Shown one piece after another: positions 54,941 through 63,993 of a DNA stretch of 64,000 nucleotides. Position numbers and translations under genes: made by a program. This DNA comes from a virus: the IMG/VR virus record IMGVR_UViG_3300032242_000818, positions 32,001 to 96,000 of that record. One strand, written 5' to 3'. Every line of letters starts with the position of its first letter. The stretch's first letter is position 1. Under the pieces are notes generated by a model. The model saw only the letters and a program-made list of their open reading frames with translations, was not told the DNA's origin and did no database searches.

Positions 54941-55320
54941 GATTTTCCACCTTTATATAGTTTTTCTTTTATCATAATCAAGTTCTCTTCGGATAGCACT
55001 TTGAGTGCTTCATTCGCTTTCTCACTTGAATACCCATAATACTCTTTAACAAGGTCAAGCGATTCAGTAGTTTCATCCTTTTTGGACCATTTACTAAAAC
55101 GCTTTTTCCTCGAAATAATATTTAGGAAAAAGAAAAACTGCATATCCTTATCCAAACCTGGATGTTGATTCATCTGGTTGGCATAGAATACAGTGTCTGG
55201 AAAATATGATAACCCTCTATTTATAAGGAAAGGTTTATAATCCTTACCTGCTTGTGAATCCTTTTCAAATAAATTTTCTTTGGTAGTGTTTATAGCATTT
55301 AAAAAATCAAAGGGGCTCAT
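54937..55320 (-). CDS. gp62: clamp loader small subunit (T4 gp62-like)
   Basis: F..NR.LS, RKKRFSKW, YYGYS..KA, KGG. Confidence 0.93.
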   Translation of the reverse strand: MSPFDFLNAINTTKENLFEKDSQAGKDYKPFLINRGLSYFPDTVFYANQMNQHPGLDKDMQFFFFLNIISRKKRFSKWSKKDETTESLDLVKEYYGYSSEKANEALKVLSEENLIMIKEKLYKGGKS

Positions 55321-55639
55321 TGAACACCTTTAGATTTTCTGTAGATGCCGCAAATCTTTTATCAGGAAATCTTTTTGCAAGAGCATCTTCTAACTGTCTA
55401 CGAGTTCCTCCCTGTGCCATAAATTCATGAGTCTCTTTATTGAATACAAGGAAACCACCATTATAATTTTCAATAGTAATAGGAATTACAGAATCTTTAA
55501 CAACTTCTACTTCTTCATCAACAAACTGAGTAATGAAACGATCGATAGTTCTTTTTGCGTGGCGTTCTCTGGCATGCCAACCATAAACTGCACCCATGAT
55601 CCAAAATACAAGCCACAGCAAATAATCATATATGTCCAT
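55307..55639 (-). CDS. membrane-anchored hypothetical protein
   Basis: N-terminal TM, F.AQG motif. Confidence 0.6.
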   Translation of the reverse strand: MDIYDYLLWLVFWIMGAVYGWHARERHAKRTIDRFITQFVDEEVEVVKDSVIPITIENYNGGFLVFNKETHEFMAQGGTRRQLEDALAKRFPDKRFAASTENLKVFNEPL

Positions 55640-55646
55640 ACCAACC

Positions 55647-56600
55647 TCACTTAAACTTACAGTTGGCCATAATCTCAGTCAACGCTGCCATAATATTTAA
55701 TTCATGATCAGCTACGAATGCTGCTTTGTATTGATAGTCAGCAAGAACCAAAACTAAAGATGGGATACTTTCTGGAACCATATATGATACTGAAGTATCA
55801 TAGAGTTCACGGAACAATGCTACTGTGTCTGAATCAGAATTCTTACCGACCCACTTACGAACATTGGTGAAATCTTTTTCTTTCATTAACTTGATTAAGT
55901 CTTTGAAAGACTCTTGACTCATGTTAACTAAAATACCTGAATCGATCTTACCAGAAACACTATAACGCTGAAGTTCATTTAGAACCCTACGATAATCTGG
56001 AAAGTGTTTAGTAATAAGTTCGGCAACTACTTTCTGATCAAACTCAATATTCTCCTGTTTAAGAATTTGAGATGCTCGTTTAAAGAATTGACCAAGAAGA
56101 ACCTGCTTATCTTTAGCATCAATCTTAAAGTCGATACAAGCGCAACGAGAATGAATCGCTTCTAAGATACGATTCTTAAAGTTACAAGTAAAGATAAAAC
56201 GACAGTTAGCTGAAAACTCTTCAATGAAACTACGCAATGCTGGTTGAGTAGAGTTGGCTTGAAGATAATCTGCCTCATCGATAATAATAATCTTTGGGGA
56301 ATCAGTCAAAGATACGGTAGAAGCAAATCCCTTAATCTTAGTTCGGAGAGTATCAATACCTGATTCCTCTGAGCCGTTGATCATAATGTAATCAGCATTA
56401 ATTTCATAACATAGTGCTTTGGCAATAGTAGTTTTACCAATACCTGCAGTTCCCGATAGTAGGAAGTGTGGTAGTTCCCCCTGTGTTACATATTGTTTAA
56501 AAGTTTCCTTCAACGCATCAGGAAGAACACAGTCATCAATTTTCTGTGGGCGATATTTCTCTACCCAAAGAAATTGGTCATCACGAAAATCAATCATCAC
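55647..56600 (-). CDS. gp44: clamp loader large subunit (T4 gp44-like)
   Basis: LWVEKYRP, GTAGIGKTT, IDEAD, SRC, FPD.RR. Confidence 0.97.
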   Translation of the reverse strand: MMIDFRDDQFLWVEKYRPQKIDDCVLPDALKETFKQYVTQGELPHFLLSGTAGIGKTTIAKALCYEINADYIMINGSEESGIDTLRTKIKGFASTVSLTDSPKIIIIDEADYLQANSTQPALRSFIEEFSANCRFIFTCNFKNRILEAIHSRCACIDFKIDAKDKQVLLGQFFKRASQILKQENIEFDQKVVAELITKHFPDYRRVLNELQRYSVSGKIDSGILVNMSQESFKDLIKLMKEKDFTNVRKWVGKNSDSDTVALFRELYDTSVSYMVPESIPSLVLVLADYQYKAAFVADHELNIMAALTEIMANCKFK

Positions 56601-56608
56601 TTACTCCA

Positions 56609-58099
56609 TTATTTAATATAATCAAATTTAACAACAATGTTATTTTGTTCGAGCAATACCTTATGATCAATATAACTCGCTACTTGGATATCTTCCAAGT
56701 AACTATTATACTTCATTAATTCTTGCTCCACAAGTTTTTCACCATAGGTTTTTGTTAAGTTCTGCAGGATATATTCACGATCAAACATATCCATACCTGC
56801 CATAACCTGAGCATAACTATACGCATTAAACAAATTGTATTCATTCAAGAAATATGTCTTTGATGGTAAAGTCTTTTTCCAAATATCTAAATGCTCTTTA
56901 TTAAAATCAGTAACAGTCATAATCTCTGGAATTGTTTTCCAGAAATCGCTATCTTTTCTTTTACCAAGATAATGTATCTGAATGAAATCAACAATGTTAT
57001 CAAAACATTCAGTAAATCTTTTATTATATTGTTTAGTAATTTTATCTCGTTCAACTTCCCAAACTGGTAACATTCTAACGAAACCAAATGCTTGCATAAT
57101 CGAGTTTCCGATACTAGATGCTTCTAAAGGCTCAACAAATGAAGCAGATAATCCAATACTTACGCAATTGTTTATCCAAAATTGGTCAACTCTTCCAGCA
57201 TCAAACTTAATATCCTTTGCGACATTAACTTTCTCAGAATAGTGAGATTGAATCTCATCGTGGGCTTGAGTTGCGTTAATAAAATCATCACAGAAAACAT
57301 ACCCATTACCATATCTTCCCTGAGTTGGAATTCTCCAATTCCATCCAGAGGATAATGCTTTAGATAATGTATATGGTTTAAGTTCAGTAATATTTTCAGT
57401 AGGAAATGCCAAAGCATGATTCATTGGTAGGTACTTTTTGTATGATACCCACTTAGAACCTAATTTTGTTGATATGATCCTTTTGAATCCACTACTATCA
57501 ATAAAGAAATCTGCGTTATGCAAAGTTCCGCTTTCACCAACTAGAGCAGAAACATCTCCATTATCAGAAACCATAACATCAGTTACAGTTGTCTTTACAA
57601 AATTAATACTTGCTTCTTCACAAACTTTGTGTAGAAACTCGTTCAACTTGAATGTATTAAATTGATATTGATTAACTGAATTAAGACCAAATGATGTATT
57701 AATTAAATTGGTTTCATTAAGAACATCTTCAGTCTTAATGTTATTTCCAATTAAGGTTTTAATAAAAGTTAATTTCTCTGATAAATCATCAGCAGAAGTA
57801 TATTCACTATAAAATGGATCAACGATTGCATGGAAATAACTTTTTCCATCACCATTCCAATTTTCAAACTTGATACCTTTCTTTAAGGTACCATGAGTTT
57901 CTCTAACTAATCGTTGCATTGAAATGCCACAATATTCTGCGAATATTCTCCAATGCTCAGTTGAGCCTTCACCAACTCCAATAATACCGATTGAATCTGA
58001 TTCAATTACAGTAACATTACAAAGAGGAAATGACTTTTTAATTATAAGTGCTGAAACTAACCCAGCAGTTCCAGCACCGAGAACAATAATGTTTTCCAT
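56609..58099 (-). CDS. flavin-dependent (tryptophan) halogenase family protein
   Basis: GAGTAG, IGVGEGS, LK.GIKFENW, IDSSGF, GWNWRIP (WxWxIP), FVEPLEAS. Confidence 0.9.
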   Translation of the reverse strand: MENIIVLGAGTAGLVSALIIKKSFPLCNVTVIESDSIGIIGVGEGSTEHWRIFAEYCGISMQRLVRETHGTLKKGIKFENWNGDGKSYFHAIVDPFYSEYTSADDLSEKLTFIKTLIGNNIKTEDVLNETNLINTSFGLNSVNQYQFNTFKLNEFLHKVCEEASINFVKTTVTDVMVSDNGDVSALVGESGTLHNADFFIDSSGFKRIISTKLGSKWVSYKKYLPMNHALAFPTENITELKPYTLSKALSSGWNWRIPTQGRYGNGYVFCDDFINATQAHDEIQSHYSEKVNVAKDIKFDAGRVDQFWINNCVSIGLSASFVEPLEASSIGNSIMQAFGFVRMLPVWEVERDKITKQYNKRFTECFDNIVDFIQIHYLGKRKDSDFWKTIPEIMTVTDFNKEHLDIWKKTLPSKTYFLNEYNLFNAYSYAQVMAGMDMFDREYILQNLTKTYGEKLVEQELMKYNSYLEDIQVASYIDHKVLLEQNNIVVKFDYIK

Positions 58100-58755
58100 T
58101 AAAACTCGAAAGAAGAATCTGCCTCAACTGCTACATAATAAACCAAATCACCTGCGCCTTTAAAACGAGAGATCTTCTTGCTCGAAACACTAACAGCATA
58201 ATCACCTGGGATCATCTTTAGATTTTCTACTTTCAAATTAACTTTGAATTTCTTATCGCTCGCGCCAACAGTAGAGTTATAAGAGTTACCAGTGGCGTTC
58301 TTTTTGTCGCCAACCACAACAGTCATAGTTGAACCATCACCAACGATTGATACATCAGAAGCACGCAATACTGAAGCAGTACGTTGGATCATACTGAGCA
58401 TATTTGCGCTCATGTTAAATTCAATTTCTGGATCAGGGAATGTAATTGCTTTCTGTGGTGCAGTTAGTACGCTTGCATCTGCTGCAAAGTATTTGATGCT
58501 GTTGCCACCTTGCTCGATAGTAACCCATTTGTCATTGAATGTCAATTCTGGATCTTCAAACAAAGACATCGCACCCAAGAACTCATTGAGGTCGTAGATA
58601 CCAAAGTCTGGGAAAGTTTCAGTAACAACTGCATCAGCCATTACATTCTTTTGAGCCGAGATAGTGGCTAGTTTATTGCCAGACTTCAAAAGTAAATTGC
58701 TATTAATACCAGCAAAGTTCTTGATCAAGCCTACAGTTTCTTTACTTAATTTCAT
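58099..58755 (-). CDS. gp45: sliding clamp (T4 gp45-like)
   Basis: KNFA.IN, FGIYDLNEFL, ENLKMIPG.Y.V, YYVA.E. Confidence 0.96.
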   Translation of the reverse strand: MKLSKETVGLIKNFAGINSNLLLKSGNKLATISAQKNVMADAVVTETFPDFGIYDLNEFLGAMSLFEDPELTFNDKWVTIEQGGNSIKYFAADASVLTAPQKAITFPDPEIEFNMSANMLSMIQRTASVLRASDVSIVGDGSTMTVVVGDKKNATGNSYNSTVGASDKKFKVNLKVENLKMIPGDYAVSVSSKKISRFKGAGDLVYYVAVEADSSFEF

Positions 58756-58786
58756 AGTTTCTCCAAGTTATAATATATGTATAAAA

Positions 58787-58815
58787 ATTATACATCAAAA
58801 TTGACATTTTTTCAA
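58787..58815 (-). promoter_or_regulatory. sigma70-type promoter for gp45 operon
   Basis: TTGAAA-17 bp-TATAAT. Confidence 0.6.
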
Positions 58816-58817
58816 AT

Positions 58818-59171
58818 TTATTTGATTAAATGTTGAGCCAAAACCATGCAGCTGATCCAAGTCCAAAGGGTATTGAATGCTACAAGAGTAGGTAGAAGTT
58901 TCTTATTGCTTGCCCAAATTAATGATACGCTTGTTGCTAGAGTCAAGAAATATAACCACCAAATCTGAATACCAAAGATAAGTCCAGGAACAATAATCAT
59001 TGCTTTAGTAAACCAACTGGCAAATTCAACTCGATTATAGTCAGTCCAATACTCTTTAGTGAACCACATCTTATAGCAATCAAGAATTGCTGACCAGTTA
59101 CTGTGTGTGTAAGAAACACCAATCAATACTGCCCATACTACTGTTGCTACTAAGATCTGTTCTATTGTCAT
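58818..59171 (-). CDS. small multi-TM membrane protein
   Basis: four hydrophobic segments; II.PGLIF, LPTL..FN..W. Confidence 0.7.
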   Translation of the reverse strand: MTIEQILVATVVWAVLIGVSYTHSNWSAILDCYKMWFTKEYWTDYNRVEFASWFTKAMIIVPGLIFGIQIWWLYFLTLATSVSLIWASNKKLLPTLVAFNTLWTWISCMVLAQHLIK

Positions 59172-59509
59172 TTCTTTTCCTCGACAGAATAGTATACATC
59201 ATGTTCATACAAGAACATTAAGCAACACATTGCATGCGCCAAATGATTCTTTCCAGTTTCGGGATCGTTTTGCTCTCCCTCTTTCCATGCCCAAAGATGT
59301 CTTTGCATTGCGTCAAAGTATCTGCGTTTTGAGTCAGGAACATTCTTCCAATTATTTGGCTCGTATTTCTCTGCACCAAATGTTAAAATTTCCACAGTTG
59401 CTTTTAATGCAAGTGGAGGTAGTAAACCATATTGTAGTTTACCACCATCAAATTTGCGTCCACCAGTAGTGGCAGTTTGAGATTTCTTTACGTCTTCTTT
59501 AGTCGCCAT
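59168..59509 (-). CDS. dATP/dGTP diphosphohydrolase domain protein (DUF5664-like)
   Basis: GRKFD.GK...LLP, GA.KY...NW, A..RH, DPETG..HLAHA. Confidence 0.85.
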   Translation of the reverse strand: MATKEDVKKSQTATTGGRKFDGGKLQYGLLPPLALKATVEILTFGAEKYEPNNWKNVPDSKRRYFDAMQRHLWAWKEGEQNDPETGKNHLAHAMCCLMFLYEHDVYYSVEEKK

Positions 59510-59610
59510 TAATCCTCCGATGTCTCACTATGATTTTTCATACAAGAAATTCCCTTGTATACAATATAGATAACGGCAAGAAATGCAATACTAAAAATAA
59601 TTTCAATCAT
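59509..59610 (-). CDS. small membrane peptide
   Basis: MIEIIFSIAFLAVIYIVYKGISCMKNHSETSED; AGGA RBS; TAATG coupling. Confidence 0.5.
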   Translation of the reverse strand: MIEIIFSIAFLAVIYIVYKGISCMKNHSETSED

Positions 59611-59627
59611 AACCATCCTAAAATAAT

Positions 59628-59650
59628 TTGGGGTTGGACCGCAACCCCAA
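59628..59650 (-). terminator. stem-loop
   Basis: TTGGGGTTG-CGGTC-CAACCCCAA. Confidence 0.5.
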
Positions 59651-59656
59651 TCTCAT

Positions 59657-59920
59657 TTACTTCTGTGCAGTAAAGATGCTTGCGCCAAATACGGCATTAG
59701 CAATACGAACCATGCGCTTGCTTGGTTGACCAAGGCGATACTTAGTTACTGGCGTACCATCAGCGAGTTTGCTGGCGTTGCTATAAATTGCGTAACCTTG
59801 CTCACGTAAATTACGAACAGCGGATGCTGGATGAGCGATACGGAAAGAGCCTTTGATCTGCGCAGCAGTCAACTCTTTACCAGCCTGAAAGTTCTTCAAC
59901 AACTGATCTTGTTTTGACAT
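59657..59920 (-). CDS. winged-helix DNA-binding protein
   Basis: LTAAQI...F.I..P...V..LR.QGY.IY, YRLG.P; GGAG RBS. Confidence 0.75.
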   Translation of the reverse strand: MSKQDQLLKNFQAGKELTAAQIKGSFRIAHPASAVRNLREQGYAIYSNASKLADGTPVTKYRLGQPSKRMVRIANAVFGASIFTAQK

Positions 59921-59954
59921 TAAAAATATCTCCATAATTAAACCATCATAAATG

Positions 59955-59990
59955 AAAAAACCAGAGGGGAGATGGCAGTAACCCCTCTGG
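59955..59990 (-). terminator. intrinsic terminator-like hairpin, possible pseudoknot
   Basis: CCAGAGGGG-12 nt-CCCCTCTGG followed by TTTTTT. Confidence 0.65.
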
Positions 59991-60004
59991 TGAAAAGACG
60001 TGAG

Positions 60005-60463
60005 TTAGACTTCGATGCCGTTCTCACGTAGAATCTGATTGAAGTCTTCGACATCAGCGTCAACTTCAACAGAGTCATTAATAATCTTTTCAAGACGACT
60101 AGTCTCGGAAAGATCCGTAGTTGAGGTAACTGGCTTGGCAGTCTTAACCTTAACTAATTTTTTATTCTTAACAATCTTGCTACTAGCAGGTTTGCTTGTT
60201 AGATCTTTTGTGTACTGAGAAAGTTCAGCAGCAGTTGGAACTGGTAGTTGATACATACCACGCTCAACTTTATTAGTCTTGAACAACCAGTTAGGATATC
60301 CAATCTTTGGCGCACCTGCACTACGCTTCGCAGCCAAATCTTGAGTAATACTAACAACTTCTTTCAAAGAGATCTTACTATTTTTCTTAAGAGATGGTTG
60401 CGCTTCAATCAAAGCAACAACGCATTTCTTTTGAGCCATGCTCAGGTCAGCGAATTTCAACAT
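60005..60463 (-). CDS. hypothetical basic protein
   Basis: AAGGA RBS; KIGYPNWL, RG.Y..P. Confidence 0.7.
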   Translation of the reverse strand: MLKFADLSMAQKKCVVALIEAQPSLKKNSKISLKEVVSITQDLAAKRSAGAPKIGYPNWLFKTNKVERGMYQLPVPTAAELSQYTKDLTSKPASSKIVKNKKLVKVKTAKPVTSTTDLSETSRLEKIINDSVEVDADVEDFNQILRENGIEV

Positions 60464-60492
60464 AATCAATTTCCTTTTCAGTTTCAAATAAT

Positions 60493-60522
60493 ATTATACT
60501 ACAAATTTACCTGCAAAGCAAA
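60493..60522 (-). promoter_or_regulatory. early/middle promoter
   Basis: TTTGCTTTGCA...TATAAT with 17-bp spacer. Confidence 0.7.
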
Positions 60523-60523
60523 T

Positions 60524-61681
60524 TTAAAATGGAACTTCATCACTTGCAGGGGCTACAACCTCAGGTGTTACTACCTCAGGTGCAGGGTTTGCAACTTTTT
60601 CATAGAGATCGATGAACGCAGACTTGGTTGCAGAGTCGAAACGATTGCAACAAAGTTCAACAGCCTTCTCACGCTTCTTGAAAATTGCATAAGCACGGAC
60701 GATATGAATCATACGACGAGTCGTAATAGTTTCGTCCACACCACCATCAGCAAACGTGCGACGGATTGCGTCAGCCCATTTGACTAATGTCTCAGCAAAC
60801 TCTTTATCGGGACAACCAAAAGAGTCCATAAGATTCTCGATGATCTTCAGCTCGATCTTTGCATTAGGATAATCCTGTTCAAAGGTTACAGCAAATCGTT
60901 CCAAGAATGCTTCATTCAGTACGTTGGTACCGATATAACGACCATCATCTGAACCCTTACCCTTGGTATTCGCAGTCGCAAAGACATTGAATCCAGGAGC
61001 AGGAACGATCATCTCGTTTTTAAGTTTGAAGTAATAAGGTTTACCCTCAAGGATCGGTTGCAAGCAAAGCAAAGTATTTGCTGAGCCAGCGTCAATCTCA
61101 TCAAGAAGCAAAGTGCAACCAGTTCGCATAGCGATAAGAACTGGACCTTCAACAATTTCCACGTTACCATCTTCAAGAGTTTTGGTACCGATGAGTTGTT
61201 CTTCGTCAGTCATCATGTTCAGATTAACACGAATCAGCGGACGTTTGTGTTTGGCACAAATCTGTTCGATCATAGTTGACTTGCCATTCCCAGTTGGACC
61301 AGAGATATAAGCAGGATAGAAGATCTTTGCTTTGATAATATTCTCAAGATCAGCATAGTTGCCAAATGGAACAAAGTTTTCATCCTTGGAAGGAATCAAT
61401 GAAGTTACATCAGTATAATCCACAGTGAATGACTCAGGTTGTGGCTGAGGTTTCAACGCAGTGTTACCAACAACCATAGGTTTCGAACCATCGATGGCAT
61501 ACAAGCCACGACTTACTTTATTTACCATCAACCACTTGGGTGATGTTTTGGTGTTAAGAACACGCATGGTTTCTAGCAGTTGCGCATTTTGAACAACACC
61601 CTCTGTCTTAACATCGGGAAATAATTCAAAAAGTTTTGATTCAAACTCAGCCTGAAACACGGGATCAATTTTAGCCATCAT
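60524..61681 (-). CDS. cobS: CobS/MoxR-like AAA+ ATPase
   Basis: GPTGNGKS, LLLDEID, ATANTKG.G, NEAFLERF, TRR. Confidence 0.9.
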   Translation of the reverse strand: MMAKIDPVFQAEFESKLFELFPDVKTEGVVQNAQLLETMRVLNTKTSPKWLMVNKVSRGLYAIDGSKPMVVGNTALKPQPQPESFTVDYTDVTSLIPSKDENFVPFGNYADLENIIKAKIFYPAYISGPTGNGKSTMIEQICAKHKRPLIRVNLNMMTDEEQLIGTKTLEDGNVEIVEGPVLIAMRTGCTLLLDEIDAGSANTLLCLQPILEGKPYYFKLKNEMIVPAPGFNVFATANTKGKGSDDGRYIGTNVLNEAFLERFAVTFEQDYPNAKIELKIIENLMDSFGCPDKEFAETLVKWADAIRRTFADGGVDETITTRRMIHIVRAYAIFKKREKAVELCCNRFDSATKSAFIDLYEKVANPAPEVVTPEVVAPASDEVPF

Positions 61682-61728
61682 ATATCTCACTTTCAAAAAA
61701 ACATAATAATTAACGAACTAATACAATA

Positions 61729-61821
61729 ATTATACGCCAACTTTGCATTAAAGTAAAGCGATATTTTGTATAACCCTACAGGGTTGAGGGGATTAAAATC
61801 CCCTCATAAATCAACAACTTA
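61729..61821 (-). promoter_or_regulatory. sigma70-type early promoter with upstream inverted repeat and IHF site (copy 3)
   Basis: TTTACT-17 bp-TATAAT; TAACCCTAC-N5-TGAGGGGAT at 61771-61793; extra ATCCCCTCA; AATCAACAACTTA matches WATCAANNNNTTR. Confidence 0.8.
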
Positions 61822-63993
61822 CGCAACGTAGCCAACGAATTGGTTCAAGAGGACACGAGAGGTCTTCTTTACGTTGAGAAATTTGCTGAAATCACGAGCA
61901 ATAACCTTTGCATTCGCATCGGCTTTCACATCTAATTCACCCTCAACAATCTTCGTTGCAGTTTGAGGAATTAGGAACAAGTCATCACGACCAGTATTCT
62001 TGATTGAAGCAAACCCTTGGTCGCGGAATGATTTTCTCCAAGAATCAATTTGCGCTTCAACCTGACCTTTGAACTCAGGAAGATTAGCATTCAAAGCAGA
62101 GTGCAAATCACGACGAGCATTGCGGCAGATATAGAAACCAACAATATTAATATTGTGACGATCTTTAATCATACGCAAGTATGTGTTTGTCTGTGGACCA
62201 GAATATCGGCTCAACTGATAAGTCTTTTGAGTAACTTCATCACGGATAAAATGTTTCTGTTTGACTTTCTTAGGAAGACCATTGTTATCATAAGAATATC
62301 TTTGATCAGATAAGTCGCCATTGCTAGAGTATAAAGATCCACCCTCACCATCGGTCAAAGTAATCAGAGTCAATTTCTCAATTGAATTTTGTTTGATATA
62401 CTTGTCGATGTTAAGATACATCCAAACCAATGCTTCATTCAGCGGAGTACCACCAGTGTTGTAACCATCATTCCATTGGAAGCGACGATCGATAACACGT
62501 TTTGCCATAGAATGGAATTCGCTGGTAGTCATCTTGCTAGAGAACAACTCAAGCAAATTAAAACAGGTACTAGCATTTGTAAGAATACTTTTACCTTCGT
62601 TACGAGCATTCTTGGCAACAGTAAAATCACGATGTGCAATACGCTCAGACTCAGATGGATAACGACGATCGTTATATTGTGAAGTAAAAGCCATAACACG
62701 ATATGGAATTTGGATACGATTACAGAACATAGCCAAATTGATAACTTGTTTCAGGGTATCTTCCAACACGTGATCCATAGAACCAGACCAGTCAAGCAAG
62801 AATAACATGCCGTGGTTTTTACCTTGAGGTAAAACAGTAACACGTTTGAACAAATCGTCTTGCAACTTATAAGACCAGATACGCTTCATATCCAATGTGC
62901 CAGACTTTGAGATCGCAGCACGTTTGTATAGGGCTGCAGATTTACGCATCTCAAATTCTTTGACCAAATAGTTTACAGCACTAGTAGTCTCAGATTTGAA
63001 CTTCTCGTATTCAGCAGCACGCAATGCGGCATACTTACGATCTTCTTCAGTGTTCTCGCTAGAAACCCATACTGGACGTGTTTCACTGAGCACTGTACGA
63101 TAGTCAATAACTGGATCTTTGAAGAAGTCCTTGTCAAACTCATGGTACAAATATTCAGTGCTTTCGTCAGCGAGATCTTCTAATTTATCAGCAAATGCTT
63201 TATCGGTTTTTGACTCTAGTTCTTGATCACCAGCAGAAGGCGATTCCTGCTCTTCATTCTTTTCTTCTTCAGAAGAAGATTTTTGTTTCGCTGGTTTCAA
63301 TTCTTGATCTTGTTCTTCATCAGTTTCTTCGAAATTGTCAAAGTCAATATCGTCATCATCAAACTCGCCTTTGGTATCTTCTTCTAAGTCTTCAAGATCT
63401 TCAGGTGTTGCATTTTGCAATGCTTGTTTCTTCTTTTCTTCGAGTTGTTGTTTTGAGTAAGCCCAAATTTCTTCAGCCAATGAAATTACTTCGTCAACAG
63501 TCTCGGTACGTTCAGCACGATTAGCAAAATCTTTTTCATCGGAGTTGAACTTAACACCACAAGAAAATCCTGCTTTGAAGTATAGATTGATTTTGTCGAT
63601 CAACAATAGATCATCAAGATTCTGAACTTGTTTAACACCAAAGAAGTCGCGATCGTTCAGTTGTTTATATCCTTCATTCATACGCTTACGCAGACCTGGA
63701 TATTTGCGTTTGATGAGTTTCTCAATACGCACATCTTCTAGTACGTTGAGGTATGACATCATTTTAGGGTTTTCCTGAATAGGAATAAAATAATCATCGG
63801 TCGTGTATAAGGCATGACCAACTTCATGACCCACGAGCATGTCTTCAATCTCGGGTGTCATATCTTTCCATAGGGGTAAAGTTAGAACACGATTCTTAAC
63901 ATCGAAAGATGCAGTACGAGTTGGAGCACGTTGGACTGAAAGGTTTTCAGTAGCAAGTAATCGTGCGGATAGATCTGATGCTTTGATATCCAT
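61819..63993 (-). CDS. CobT-like protein: HExxH metallopeptidase-like domain, acidic linker, VWA domain
   Basis: HEVGHALYT, NVLEDVRIE, MIDAS DWSGSM, GGTPL, LTDGE. Confidence 0.88.
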   Translation of the reverse strand: MDIKASDLSARLLATENLSVQRAPTRTASFDVKNRVLTLPLWKDMTPEIEDMLVGHEVGHALYTTDDYFIPIQENPKMMSYLNVLEDVRIEKLIKRKYPGLRKRMNEGYKQLNDRDFFGVKQVQNLDDLLLIDKINLYFKAGFSCGVKFNSDEKDFANRAERTETVDEVISLAEEIWAYSKQQLEEKKKQALQNATPEDLEDLEEDTKGEFDDDDIDFDNFEETDEEQDQELKPAKQKSSSEEEKNEEQESPSAGDQELESKTDKAFADKLEDLADESTEYLYHEFDKDFFKDPVIDYRTVLSETRPVWVSSENTEEDRKYAALRAAEYEKFKSETTSAVNYLVKEFEMRKSAALYKRAAISKSGTLDMKRIWSYKLQDDLFKRVTVLPQGKNHGMLFLLDWSGSMDHVLEDTLKQVINLAMFCNRIQIPYRVMAFTSQYNDRRYPSESERIAHRDFTVAKNARNEGKSILTNASTCFNLLELFSSKMTTSEFHSMAKRVIDRRFQWNDGYNTGGTPLNEALVWMYLNIDKYIKQNSIEKLTLITLTDGEGGSLYSSNGDLSDQRYSYDNNGLPKKVKQKHFIRDEVTQKTYQLSRYSGPQTNTYLRMIKDRHNINIVGFYICRNARRDLHSALNANLPEFKGQVEAQIDSWRKSFRDQGFASIKNTGRDDLFLIPQTATKIVEGELDVKADANAKVIARDFSKFLNVKKTSRVLLNQFVGYVA

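Noticed and set aside
274-63524. Plus-strand ORFs in the track (e.g. 15596-16081, 60248-60787, 14086-14475)
   Set aside because: Antisense shadows of well-supported minus-strand genes, with no recognisable motifs
60524-63993. Cobalamin biosynthesis role for cobS/cobT
   Set aside because: No cobN or other cob genes; peptidase-VWA architecture fits the phage MoxR system
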